A DNA stretch of 64,000 nucleotides, from positions 1 to 64,000 of IMG/VR virus record IMGVR_UViG_3300020214_000005, one strand, 5' to 3'. Made by a program: the position numbers and the translations under genes. This document shows positions 49,217 through 58,224 of the stretch, in pieces. The notes under the pieces are model-generated. The model was not told the DNA's origin. It saw only the letters and a program-made list of their open reading frames with translations, and ran no database searches. How positions within the stretch are numbered: position 1 is the stretch's first letter; every line of letters begins with the position of its first letter. Source of the stretch: a virus.

Positions 49217-49459
49217 GTGTTTACCATGATCTACATACCAGGAGAATCTTGGCGACGCAAAGCGAAGTGCGCGACCATACCTCAGACCAACGACTTCTTC
49301 CCGGTCGGGAGGAAGCACCCGAAGATCGCGCTGCAGGCGTGCTCCGTCTGCTTGGTCCGCAAGCCCTGCCTCAAGTACGCTCTGGACAACGACATAGAGC
49401 ACGGCATATGGGGCGGCAAGACCGAGAGCCAGCGAAGACGCATGAGGAAGTGCAAGTAG
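49217..49459 (+). CDS. whiB: WhiB-family transcription factor
   Basis: W..KAKC...FFP...CSVC.V..PC..YAL...GIWGG.TE..R. Confidence 0.9.
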   Translation: MFTMIYIPGESWRRKAKCATIPQTNDFFPVGRKHPKIALQACSVCLVRKPCLKYALDNDIEHGIWGGKTESQRRRMRKCK

Positions 49460-49468
49460 GGGGCAAGC

Positions 49469-51412
49469 GTGAACCAACGTTATCTTTGGCTCGGTGACGG
49501 GGAGCTCGTGATGGATTTCCCCTACGACGCGGGCGACGTCCAGGCGATCAAATGCATACAGGGCGCCCGCTGGGACAAGCTCGGCAAGGTCTGGAGGCTC
49601 CCTGCCACGAGCATCCGCGAGGCCAGGCATTTCGCCTCGTCGCGGGGTTTCAGGATAGACCCGGCGGTTCTGAAGTTCGATGCCCCCGCCCGGCTCCACG
49701 ACCCAGCAGGGATCACCTGCACGGCCTCCTGGATCTACGTGGACTTTTCGTGGGACGAGGTGAAGGTCCGCCAGGTCAAGAAGATCCCGGGCGTCACGTG
49801 GAACTCGAAGACCAAGGCTTGGAAGGTGCCGAAGACGTCGGCCATGGAGGTGATCGGATTCGCAGAGTCCTTCAAGATGGGGGTTCCCGACGACCTCCGC
49901 GAGTACGCGGAACGCCGCAAGCTCGAGAGCAAGACCATGACGGAGGCGTCCAGGGCGGAGTCCGCAGACATCAAGGTGGACGACATCAACGGCAACCTCC
50001 TGCCGTACCAGCTGGCGGGCGTCAGCTACGCCTTCAATGCCCGTCGCTGCTTCATCGCCGACGACATGGGCCTCGGCAAGACCCTCCAGGCGATAGCGAC
50101 CCTCGAGTACGCCGAGCAGAACGGGTCGTCCCCGTTCCCGGTGGTGGTCGTCTGCCCGCCGAACCTGGTCCTCAACTGGAAGGCGGAGTACGCGAAATGG
50201 GCTCCGCACCGGTCGGTCGCCGTGGTGACCGACAGGAAGAACCTCCCCGAGGACGAGCACGACGTGCTCATTGTGGGGTATTCGAACATCGACCACTGGG
50301 CCAAATTCCTGAACGACTACAAGAGCCTCGTGTGCGACGAGTCGCACTACCTCAAGACCAAGGACGCGCAACGGACCAAGGCGGCGACGAGGATCGCCAA
50401 GCGGGTCGGCACGGGAATAGTCCTTTGCCTCACTGGCACCCCTGTCACCAACAGGCCGATGGAGTACGCGAGCCAGCTCGGCATAATCGGGCGGCTCGAC
50501 GAGTTCGGCGGCGAGTGGGGTTTCTACCGCCGCTACTGCGCGGCCTTCAAGGACAAGTTCGGCCACTGGATTCTCAGCGGCGCGTCCAACCTGGAAGAGC
50601 TGAACGACAGGCTCCGCTCGTCCTGCTACATCAGGAGGACCAAGGACCAGGTGCTCGCCGAGCTCCCTGACGTCGTGCACGACATGTACCACGTGGGCAT
50701 GTCGGAGAAGCACGCCAAGGAGTACGTCAAGGCCGAGGACGACATCGTGGAGTACCTCGTGGCGCGGGCGAGGAAGATCGCCGAAGATCTCGGCACGTCC
50801 CCGGGGTCGGCCGCCGTCATGGCCAGAATGAAGACCGAGTCGCACCTGCATCTTGTGAAGATATCCGTGCTCCGCAGGCTGGCGGCCAAGGCGAAGATGG
50901 AGGCGATCAAGGAGTGGGTGCAGGCGAACATCGACGCCGGGGAGAAGGTCGTGATCGCGGCCCACCACAGGGACATCGTGGACGAGCTGGCCCTGCATTT
51001 TGGTGGTCTCAAGATTCAGGGGGGAATGAAGGTGGAGGAGGTCGAGGATGCCAAGAAGAAATTCCAGACCCTCCCGATTGAGGATGCCCCTGCGATCGTC
51101 CTGTCCATCCAGGCGGCGAAGACTGGCCACACCCTCACGGCGGCGCAGAAGGTCCTCTTCGTGGAGCTTCCGTGGACGCCGGCCGACGTGGATCAGCTCT
51201 ACTCCCGCTGCCACAGGCTCGGCCAGAAGGGGTCCGTGATGGTCACCTACTCCATCGCCGACGGAACGGTGGACGAGAAGATCTACGGCCTGATCGAGTC
51301 AAAGCGGGATGTCGTCAACGCCGCAGTCGACGGAATCTACGAGGACCTCGAGAGGGAAAACGCCGAGCAGCTCATGCTCTCCCTGCTCGACAGGGGTTTG
51401 AAAAGTAGGTAA
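49469..51412 (+). CDS. SNF2-family helicase with two N-terminal HARP-like repeats
   Basis: ADDMGLGKT, CDESH, LTGTP, RCHRLGQ; repeated F.YD...V..IK.I.G..W....K.W. Confidence 0.9.
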   Translation: MNQRYLWLGDGELVMDFPYDAGDVQAIKCIQGARWDKLGKVWRLPATSIREARHFASSRGFRIDPAVLKFDAPARLHDPAGITCTASWIYVDFSWDEVKVRQVKKIPGVTWNSKTKAWKVPKTSAMEVIGFAESFKMGVPDDLREYAERRKLESKTMTEASRAESADIKVDDINGNLLPYQLAGVSYAFNARRCFIADDMGLGKTLQAIATLEYAEQNGSSPFPVVVVCPPNLVLNWKAEYAKWAPHRSVAVVTDRKNLPEDEHDVLIVGYSNIDHWAKFLNDYKSLVCDESHYLKTKDAQRTKAATRIAKRVGTGIVLCLTGTPVTNRPMEYASQLGIIGRLDEFGGEWGFYRRYCAAFKDKFGHWILSGASNLEELNDRLRSSCYIRRTKDQVLAELPDVVHDMYHVGMSEKHAKEYVKAEDDIVEYLVARARKIAEDLGTSPGSAAVMARMKTESHLHLVKISVLRRLAAKAKMEAIKEWVQANIDAGEKVVIAAHHRDIVDELALHFGGLKIQGGMKVEEVEDAKKKFQTLPIEDAPAIVLSIQAAKTGHTLTAAQKVLFVELPWTPADVDQLYSRCHRLGQKGSVMVTYSIADGTVDEKIYGLIESKRDVVNAAVDGIYEDLERENAEQLMLSLLDRGLKSR

Positions 51413-51440
51413 TCGGTGTACACTGGTCCTGCAATCCCAA

Positions 51441-51820
51441 GGGGCTGACAGGTTTCGACGATCGGTCTGTCCGGAGAGGATGCGACCCGAGTTGCTCAGA
51501 CTCGTTAAACAGGGCAAAAAAATAACTGCCAACAAGCAGTTCGCTCTCGCCGCCTAATCGGGCGACAGGGGAGCAACCGTGAGCCGCAAGGTCGCACGGG
51601 GCCGATCCACCGCAGCCCGGCAACAGAAGCGGGGATGACGACGGGAAAGGCCGTTGACCTCGGGGAACGAAAGCCCGACGACCTCTCGGAAAGACGAGAC
51701 GCGGCCTGGGCGACTAGGCGGCCGACCCGTCGGCGGCGGAGCGACAACGTCACAACGGGGATGGTCGTAGCAGTCTCCTCGGTATCCGCTCGGACGGGGG
51801 TTCGATTCCCCCCAGCTCCA
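51441..51820 (+). ncRNA. ssrA: tmRNA; tag (A)ANKQFALAA
   Basis: 5' GGGGCTGACAGGTTTCGAC; 3' GGTTCGATTCCCCCCAGCTCCA; tag ORF at 51528-51557. Confidence 0.93.
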
Positions 51821-51842
51821 CTCTCGGGACCGCCCGGTGCCG

Positions 51843-52703
51843 TCAGCCGCCGCTAGGCGGATACCCCGAAACGGCGCCGGCGCCGCCGGTCAAAACTTCG
51901 ACGCCCGTCCCGGTTACCAGCACCGTGTGCTCGAACTGCGCCGTTCGTTTCCCGTCGGCGGTCACGGCCGTCCAGCCGTCGTCCCACATCCTGTGCCGCC
52001 AAGTGCCGAGGGTGATCATCGGCTCGATCGTGAAGGTCATGCCCGGCCGCATCCGCAGGTGGCTGTAAGGGTCGAAGAAATGCGGCACCTGGATGTCGGT
52101 GTGGAACTGCTCGCCGATGCCGTGGCCCACGAACGCGCGCACCACGCCGAGTTTGTGGGCCTTGGCGTGGTCTTCGATCGCCCGACCGATGTCGCTCAGC
52201 GGTCGCCCCGGCCTCACCGCCCCGATGCCGCGCCAGGCGCACTCCTCGGTCACGCGGATCAGATCGCGGCTCTCGGCGTCGATCTCGCCGACGGCGAATG
52301 TCGCGTTCGTGTCGCCGTGCACCCCGCCGACGAAGCACGTCACGTCCAAGTTGACGATGTCGCCCTCGGCCAGCTTGCGCGAGTCGGGTATGCCGTGGCA
52401 GATCACCTCGTTCACCGAGGTGCAGACGCTCTTCGGGTAGCCCATATAGTTCAACGGGCTGGGGTACGCGTTGTGCGCGATGCACAACTCGTGCACGACC
52501 TTGTCGATCTCGTCCGTCGTCACGCCGGGTTCCACCGCTTGTCCGGCCAGGCGCAAGACTTCCGCCGCCGTCGCGCCTGCGTGTCGCATGCGCTCGATGA
52601 TCTCTGGCGACTTGACCGCCGGTTCGTTCCATCTCACCACTTCGCCCGAGTCGGCGTACGGTGGGCGGGCGATCGTGCTCGGCACGTCGCGCCGCGGGCT
52701 CAC
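51843..52703 (-). CDS. map: Type I methionine aminopeptidase
   Basis: CTSVNEVICHGIPD, GDTN, GHGIG, FTIEPMI, AQFEHT. Confidence 0.95.
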   Translation of the reverse strand: MSPRRDVPSTIARPPYADSGEVVRWNEPAVKSPEIIERMRHAGATAAEVLRLAGQAVEPGVTTDEIDKVVHELCIAHNAYPSPLNYMGYPKSVCTSVNEVICHGIPDSRKLAEGDIVNLDVTCFVGGVHGDTNATFAVGEIDAESRDLIRVTEECAWRGIGAVRPGRPLSDIGRAIEDHAKAHKLGVVRAFVGHGIGEQFHTDIQVPHFFDPYSHLRMRPGMTFTIEPMITLGTWRHRMWDDGWTAVTADGKRTAQFEHTVLVTGTGVEVLTGGAGAVSGYPPSGG

Positions 52704-52978
52704 GATGAGACGCGGTTACCGTCTCGTGGTGGTATCTTGCCGTCCAGTAGGTGGGCGAGGATGAATTTGACGTGGGCGTTTCCGTCCTCGTCGACTGCCG
52801 TCACCTCGGCCTGGGTCAGCTCAATCAATCCCCTTGCGATGTCGCCGCAACGATCGAACCATTCCGATTGGTCCGTGTCCTCGGCCTCGGGGTCAAAGGA
52901 CATCTCAAATATGGCGTCTTGGAACTGGTCAATTACGTACAATCGCGCCTTCTCGGGCGTCATCGGTCCTGTGGTCAT
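52700..52978 (-). CDS. Hypothetical acidic protein
   Basis: Stop overlaps map start. Confidence 0.65.
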   Translation of the reverse strand: MTTGPMTPEKARLYVIDQFQDAIFEMSFDPEAEDTDQSEWFDRCGDIARGLIELTQAEVTAVDEDGNAHVKFILAHLLDGKIPPRDGNRVSS

Positions 52979-53074
52979 AGCCTTCAGGCTATCACGAAAC
53001 TACCTCTTGACGACAACCACCCCCCGTGATATGCTGCAAGTGGCGAATTCAACCGACACGAGGAGGATATTGAC

Positions 53075-53545
53075 ATGTCACTAGCGCCTGTAACAATCAC
53101 CGGAAATCTCACTGCCGATCCGGAGGTGAGGTACTTCGATTCGGGAACATCAAAGCTCCAGTTCTCGGTCGCAGTGAACAACTACTGGACCGACGCCAAG
53201 GGCGAGAAGCAAGAAAAGACATCGTTCTTCAACGTCGTCGCTTGGAGAAACCTTGCGGAGGACGCAGCCAACATTCTCGCCAAGGGATTGCGGGTCACCG
53301 TCACTGGCCGTCTCGAGCAGGAAAGCTGGGACGACAAGGAGACCGGCAAGAAGCGTTCAACCGTCCACATTCTGGCCGACGAGATCGGCGTTTCGGTCCG
53401 CTCGATCGAGAAATTCGATCGCAAGCAGCGTCCGCAGGGCGATGGCAACGGCAAGGAACAAGCACGTCCGAGGCCACAGGCTAAGCAACCCGCCCGGGTT
53501 GGCGGCGGGAACCCCGACGCCTTCAACGGCGAAGAACCCTTCTGA
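53075..53545 (+). CDS. ssb: Single-stranded DNA-binding protein
   Basis: GNLTADPE, F.VAV, G.RV.V.GRL, acidic EEPF tail. Confidence 0.95.
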   Translation: MSLAPVTITGNLTADPEVRYFDSGTSKLQFSVAVNNYWTDAKGEKQEKTSFFNVVAWRNLAEDAANILAKGLRVTVTGRLEQESWDDKETGKKRSTVHILADEIGVSVRSIEKFDRKQRPQGDGNGKEQARPRPQAKQPARVGGGNPDAFNGEEPF

Positions 53546-55077
53546 CCCTAACTTTCGGCAGTCTTTTCGCCGGCGTCGGTGGCTTCGATCTTGGCTTCGA
53601 GGCCGCCGGTTGGCGTTGCCAATGGCAAGCGGAATGGGACGAGCAGTGCCAGCGGATTTTACGCAAGCACTGGCCCAACACCCCCAAGTATTATGATGTG
53701 AAAGACGTTGACGGAAGGCTCCTGGAGCCGGTGGACGCGATCAATTTCGGTTCGCCGTGCCAGGATCTTTCCGTCGCCGGTAAGAGGGCCGGCCTAACTG
53801 GTTCTCGTTCTAATTTGTTTCACGAGGCAATGCGGATTATCAGGGAGATGCGCGATGCAACAAACGGAACTTTTCCAAGGCTCGCAATATGGGAGAACGT
53901 CCCAGGGGCCCTCAACTCCAACAAGGGAGCTGACTTCGGGGTCGTCCTCGACGAAATGGCTCTCGCAGGGGCTGTGGCTATCGAGTGGGCAGTCCTGGAT
54001 GCGCAATACTTCGGAATCCCCCAGCGACGGCGCCGCGTTTTCGTGTGTGCTCTCTTCGATTCTGGCGCCGCAGAACGAAGTTCCTTCCCGATATTATCTG
54101 TCTGCGAGGGCGTGCGCAGGAATTCTCAGAAGGGCAATAAGAAGAAACAAGACCCTGCCTCCGCGCTTGAAGGCGGCGCTGCAGGCGGTGGTGGACAAGG
54201 ACCCGGACCGGGACAGGGACAACTCGAGTTCGGAGTGAATGAGGAGCAGGACTCCACGGCGTTCAGGATGCGCGGCTTCGGCGACTACACATCGGACGGG
54301 ACGGTCTCCGCGATCAAGGCGCGCGATCACAAGGACGCTACCGATCTGATCGTGTCCGAACCGGAACCGTTCACTGCTACGAGTTTCGCCAAGTACGTCG
54401 AGGGAGTGGGAACTCTCCGGGCTGCCGGTGGGGACCTCGGCGGGGGCAGCGAAACGCTTCTTGCCTACGAAGATCCGGACACCATGGTGTTCCACCCGCA
54501 CCGTCAGGACGGAGTGAGAATGCAGGGCGACACGATCAACACGCTCACCGCCTTCATGGGGACCGGGGGCCTCAACACCCCGATGGTCGCCCAGGCGATC
54601 GGTTTCTCCCACACCCAGTGCCTCGATGCCCAGCCCTCGGAGGTGGCTTTCCCCACGCTGAGGACGGGCGGGGCGGGTCACGCCGTCGCCCACGCCGACA
54701 TGAACGACGGACTGGCCATGACATTGAGATCTGGCGGGGACGGAGGGGTGCCCTCGTCCCGCGGGGAGAACCTAGTCATTGAGCCGGACCGACCGATCGC
54801 CTACGACGAGTACAACGACAGGCTCGTCGACGGCGACGTGCATCACTCCCTTCGGGCCGGGACCAAGCAGTCGAGCGGCGTCATCCAGAACATGGTCGTG
54901 AGGAGGTTGATGCCGTCGGAGTGCGAGGCCCTAATGGGCTGGCCGAAAGACCACACTAGGTACACCGACGACGGCAAGGAACTCAGCGACACCCATCGGT
55001 ACAAGCAATGCGGTAACGGGGTGGCGGCGCCGGTGGCCGAATGGATCGCACGAAAATATGCGGTCATTTTTGAATAG
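53542..55077 (+). CDS. C5 cytosine DNA methyltransferase (probable CTG start at 53542)
   Basis: Motif I SLFAGVGG lies upstream of the called start at 53698; GSPCQ, WENV, QRRRR, RYKQCGNGV. Confidence 0.88.
   Translation: MTLTFGSLFAGVGGFDLGFEAAGWRCQWQAEWDEQCQRILRKHWPNTPKYYDVKDVDGRLLEPVDAINFGSPCQDLSVAGKRAGLTGSRSNLFHEAMRIIREMRDATNGTFPRLAIWENVPGALNSNKGADFGVVLDEMALAGAVAIEWAVLDAQYFGIPQRRRRVFVCALFDSGAAERSSFPILSVCEGVRRNSQKGNKKKQDPASALEGGAAGGGGQGPGPGQGQLEFGVNEEQDSTAFRMRGFGDYTSDGTVSAIKARDHKDATDLIVSEPEPFTATSFAKYVEGVGTLRAAGGDLGGGSETLLAYEDPDTMVFHPHRQDGVRMQGDTINTLTAFMGTGGLNTPMVAQAIGFSHTQCLDAQPSEVAFPTLRTGGAGHAVAHADMNDGLAMTLRSGGDGGVPSSRGENLVIEPDRPIAYDEYNDRLVDGDVHHSLRAGTKQSSGVIQNMVVRRLMPSECEALMGWPKDHTRYTDDGKELSDTHRYKQCGNGVAAPVAEWIARKYAVIFE
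53855..54238 (+). CDS. Alternative-frame nested polypeptide of the methyltransferase (M.EcoHK31I beta-like)
   Basis: LSSIL....VPSRYYLSARACAGILRRA..R.K.LP..L..AL. Confidence 0.6.
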   Translation: MQQTELFQGSQYGRTSQGPSTPTRELTSGSSSTKWLSQGLWLSSGQSWMRNTSESPSDGAAFSCVLSSILAPQNEVPSRYYLSARACAGILRRAIRRNKTLPPRLKAALQAVVDKDPDRDRDNSSSE

Positions 55078-55702
55078 GTTCAACCCAGCGCCCCTCAAGA
55101 CATGGAACGACTCGGCGGCCAACGCCCTGTTGATGTTTCTCCCCGGCGACCACGGCCAGTACATTTGCGAGCCGTTCCCCCTGCCGCACTACTTCCCGAT
55201 GTTGAAACACGACTCCGACCTCATGGGCAGACTCGGCAGGCTGAGGATGTCGGTGGACTATCTCATCGCCCACCAATTCGAGGAAGACGGAAGCATCAAG
55301 GCGTCCAGCGTTGCGGCCGACGGCGTCATCCAGTCCTGGCGGCAGATCGGTTTTTACGGTAGGGAGTTCGGCACCGTGGCGTGTCCGTTCTCCCCCCTGG
55401 ATTTCAAGAGCGTGGCCAAACACGTCCACCACGTGCTCGTGCGCAAGCAGACGGACTACGGGCACGAGAACATCAGGAGGTTCGGGAGAATCGGATTGAT
55501 CGTTCGCATGCACGACAAGGTGGCGAGACTTGAGAACTTGGTAGCCCGCGGGGCGATCGACGACCCGCGCAACGAGTCCATCTTCGACAACGTCGTGGAT
55601 GTGATGGGTTACTCGGCGATAGGCATCATGTGGGAGTCGGACAGTTTCCTTCTGCCCCTCAGGGAGGACGCTCAGTCTCGGCTGGAGGTCTTGCCGCTGT
55701 AG
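55058..55702 (+). CDS. DUF1599/Nmad1-like (MazG-fold) nucleotide-modification-associated protein
   Basis: RKQTDYG...VRMHDKVARLENL...ESI.D...D..GYS. Confidence 0.75.
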   Translation: MRSFLNRFNPAPLKTWNDSAANALLMFLPGDHGQYICEPFPLPHYFPMLKHDSDLMGRLGRLRMSVDYLIAHQFEEDGSIKASSVAADGVIQSWRQIGFYGREFGTVACPFSPLDFKSVAKHVHHVLVRKQTDYGHENIRRFGRIGLIVRMHDKVARLENLVARGAIDDPRNESIFDNVVDVMGYSAIGIMWESDSFLLPLREDAQSRLEVLPL

Positions 55703-55884
55703 ATGTCGTAGACGGTGGCTATCCCGAGGGCGTTTTGCCAATCAAACTTGGGAAGTTCGCCCAGCGGTTTTTCGTTTTTGTCCCGCGGACGGGCGAGCCG
55801 GACCACGAGCGTCTCGAGCTCCGAGATTCTGCGCTCCATTTCCTCGAACCTCTCGTCGATGTCAATCCTGTCGTTGTCTTTCAT
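55672..55884 (-). CDS. Small coiled-coil protein
   Basis: ATG overlaps nuclease stop. Confidence 0.55.
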   Translation of the reverse strand: MKDNDRIDIDERFEEMERRISELETLVVRLARPRDKNEKPLGELPKFDWQNALGIATVYDIYSGKTSSRD

Positions 55885-56282
55885 TTGTGTTTGAATTCCA
55901 CCCAGGTCTTGTCGCCGACGCCATAGTACTCCCGTGCGTAACCGGACTGGATGATGTCCTTGTTGAGGCATGCCGTCGTCGGATCGTCGATCTCGTCGGA
56001 CGAGTAGATATTGGCGAGGATTCGCCCGTACTTGTCGTTCTTGTCCGGGATCGTGTTGACGAAAACCCAGTCATGATTGGTCAGCCAGTCCAAAGTAAAC
56101 GACTTCGCCTTCAATCCGAGCTCTTTTTCCTTGAGGTCTTTTGTCCGCGACTCTGGTGCGTTGACACCGAACAAGCGGACGCGGATCTTATGGTGGATAT
56201 TGAAACCAAGGTCGATCATCAGGTCCAGGGTGTCGCCATCCACGACGTTGAGCACCTTGGCTCCGTACCAGAACCTTTGCAT
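55881..56282 (-). CDS. Staphylococcal-nuclease-like (SNase) protein
   Basis: VVDGDT, RVRLFGVNAPE, DKYGRILA. Confidence 0.9.
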   Translation of the reverse strand: MQRFWYGAKVLNVVDGDTLDLMIDLGFNIHHKIRVRLFGVNAPESRTKDLKEKELGLKAKSFTLDWLTNHDWVFVNTIPDKNDKYGRILANIYSSDEIDDPTTACLNKDIIQSGYAREYYGVGDKTWVEFKHK

Positions 56283-58087
56283 CAGTTACTCCCGAAATTT
56301 CTTCCGGGACCCCTTTGGCGACCTCGGTTCGGATTATTCGGCGTCCTAGTTATCGGTTGCATACGAGACGGAGGATTCTTTGGCACGTTGCGACCCGGAA
56401 TTTCGCGAGGATTTACGGTCGCCGGTCTTGGTCGTGGGTTGTCGTCGGTCGGCATTCTTCTCGGGTAAGTGGGCTCTTGTCGCGGTCTCATTGGTCTCAT
56501 TGGTCTCCGTGGGGCGGACGGCCCTCGTTCAAACCCTCGTCCGCCCCTCCCGCCATCCCCCCTGCGGGGCGGGTTCGGGTACCTGTCGGCGGGTCTCGGG
56601 TTGCCCGTCGCAGCCGATGGTCCTGGCGGACCGGACGGCCCTGGTTCAAACCCTCGTCCGCCCCTCCCGCCATCCCCCCTGCGGGGCGGGTTCGGGTACC
56701 TGTCAGCCGGTCTCGGGTTGCGCGTCGCCGGGGAAGGTCCCTCGGGCGTCTGACCGGGCGGGTACTTTTTCGGCGGGGGGTTGGGGTACCTGTCGGCCGG
56801 CTTGGGATTTTTGGTCGCCGCGGATGGGGGTTCTGGCTTCTGTCCCGGCGGATATTTCTTCTGCGGGTCAGGGTACCTGTCGGCCGGCTTGGGATTGGTG
56901 GTCGCCGGAGAACGGACCCTCCCTCTTTCGATTCGATTCTCCTCCTCGAGTCCTGCCATGTACGTCATCTTGTCGTACGCAGCGCGAGCCTTCGCGCGGG
57001 CGTCCCTCTCCTTCTGCGAGCGGTCCTGCACCTTCGGGTTGCGCTTGATGCCCTGTCTCCTTAGTTCCGAGCGGACGAACTTCCTGCGATCCATTTCGTA
57101 CTTGTTGTTGCTCTGCCTCTTGTACGGGGCGCGCTGCTCCTGCGGGGTCCCCTCGAAAATAATTCCGTCCATGTCGTGGTCGATCGCCTCGTCGGCCGGT
57201 CCCATGGAGCCCGAGCCGATCGCGGCGCCGAGAGCCTTGACCGACGGGCGGACGGCGACGGACTTCGTCTCGGTGATCGGGCCTCCCGTCACCCACGCGC
57301 GGCAGGTCCTCTTCGACGCGCACTTGAAGTCGAACGCCTCGCAGTAGCCGAGCCCGCCGGCCGCGTCGATCGCGTCCCACTCGTCCTTCCGCGTGGGACC
57401 GGTCACGCCCTTCTGTATGCACGATTTCATCTCGGGCGTGACGATGAACATCGAGCAGTTGCCGCACATCTGCTTGCGGGCCTGGTCTGGGGCGACAGCC
57501 CACTCCGTGGCGAGCTTCTTGTAGAAGGCGTCGTTGGGCTCGTCGGGGTTGAGGGGCCCGTACGTGGCCGTCTTGATGGCCTTCGTCCTGTTCTTCAGGT
57601 TGGTGGCGATGTCTCTCGTGGCTTTCGGGCAGTTCCCGGAATTGGCGGGTTCCTCCTTGATCTTCATCCTGCGCTTCCCGACGTTGGTGGGCATGACGGG
57701 CATCTGAGCGGCCGGGTCGTAGACGCCCTTCACCACGCCGTCTGGGATCACGGCGAACCTGCACTTGCCGCCGTCCTCGACCTTCTGGGCGATTATCTTG
57801 CAGACCCCGTTCCCCGCGTACAGGGCGCAGTTTGCGCACTTGACGCCGATGTGCGCGACGACGTTGTCCTTGGCCGGCTCGTAGCCCGCCCATATCCCGG
57901 TCTCGTCCTCGTTGAACTTGCCGTACTTCTTGGCGATGGCGATGAGGGCATCGGCGAGCTCCTGCTCCTCGGCGGCTAGCTTGGGCTTGACCTGCGCCGG
58001 CTTTTCTGGCTCGTCCTGAACGACCATTACGATCTCGCCTGAAACAAGCCTGCCGAGAATGTCGTTGATGTCCAAGAAATCTCCCAA
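56282..58087 (-). CDS. Cys-cluster protein with Pro/Arg-rich repeat tail, head region
   Basis: CANCALY..C..C; CGNC..C..C..C..CRAW; 4x NP(K/R)PADRYP. Confidence 0.75.
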   Translation of the reverse strand: MGDFLDINDILGRLVSGEIVMVVQDEPEKPAQVKPKLAAEEQELADALIAIAKKYGKFNEDETGIWAGYEPAKDNVVAHIGVKCANCALYAGNGVCKIIAQKVEDGGKCRFAVIPDGVVKGVYDPAAQMPVMPTNVGKRRMKIKEEPANSGNCPKATRDIATNLKNRTKAIKTATYGPLNPDEPNDAFYKKLATEWAVAPDQARKQMCGNCSMFIVTPEMKSCIQKGVTGPTRKDEWDAIDAAGGLGYCEAFDFKCASKRTCRAWVTGGPITETKSVAVRPSVKALGAAIGSGSMGPADEAIDHDMDGIIFEGTPQEQRAPYKRQSNNKYEMDRRKFVRSELRRQGIKRNPKVQDRSQKERDARAKARAAYDKMTYMAGLEEENRIERGRVRSPATTNPKPADRYPDPQKKYPPGQKPEPPSAATKNPKPADRYPNPPPKKYPPGQTPEGPSPATRNPRPADRYPNPPRRGDGGRGGRGFEPGPSGPPGPSAATGNPRPADRYPNPPRRGDGGRGGRGFERGPSAPRRPMRPMRPRQEPTYPRRMPTDDNPRPRPATVNPREIPGRNVPKNPPSRMQPITRTPNNPNRGRQRGPGRNFGSN

Positions 58088-58156
58088 AAGATGGTAGTTA
58101 GATTATTGCACGTCTACGATGAAATAAACATAACCCATGTTCGCCGTGAAAGGCAA

Positions 58157-58199
58157 CGCCCCCGTCCCTGCCGAATGTTCCTCGGCCGAGACGGGGGCG
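58157..58199 (-). terminator. Stem-loop after major capsid gene
   Basis: CGCCCCCGTC...GACGGGGGCG. Confidence 0.55.
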
Positions 58200-58224
58200 A
58201 CGCTTATTCCTGCGTTAGTTCGGA

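Noticed and set aside
7555-51214. Long antisense ORFs (7555-9321, 45040-47109, 49208-51214)
   Set aside because: High-GC shadows of well-supported genes on the opposite strand
48751-51820. tRNA/tmRNA as prophage att sites marking a host boundary
   Set aside because: No integrase or duplicated 3' ends seen; phage genes continue on both sides
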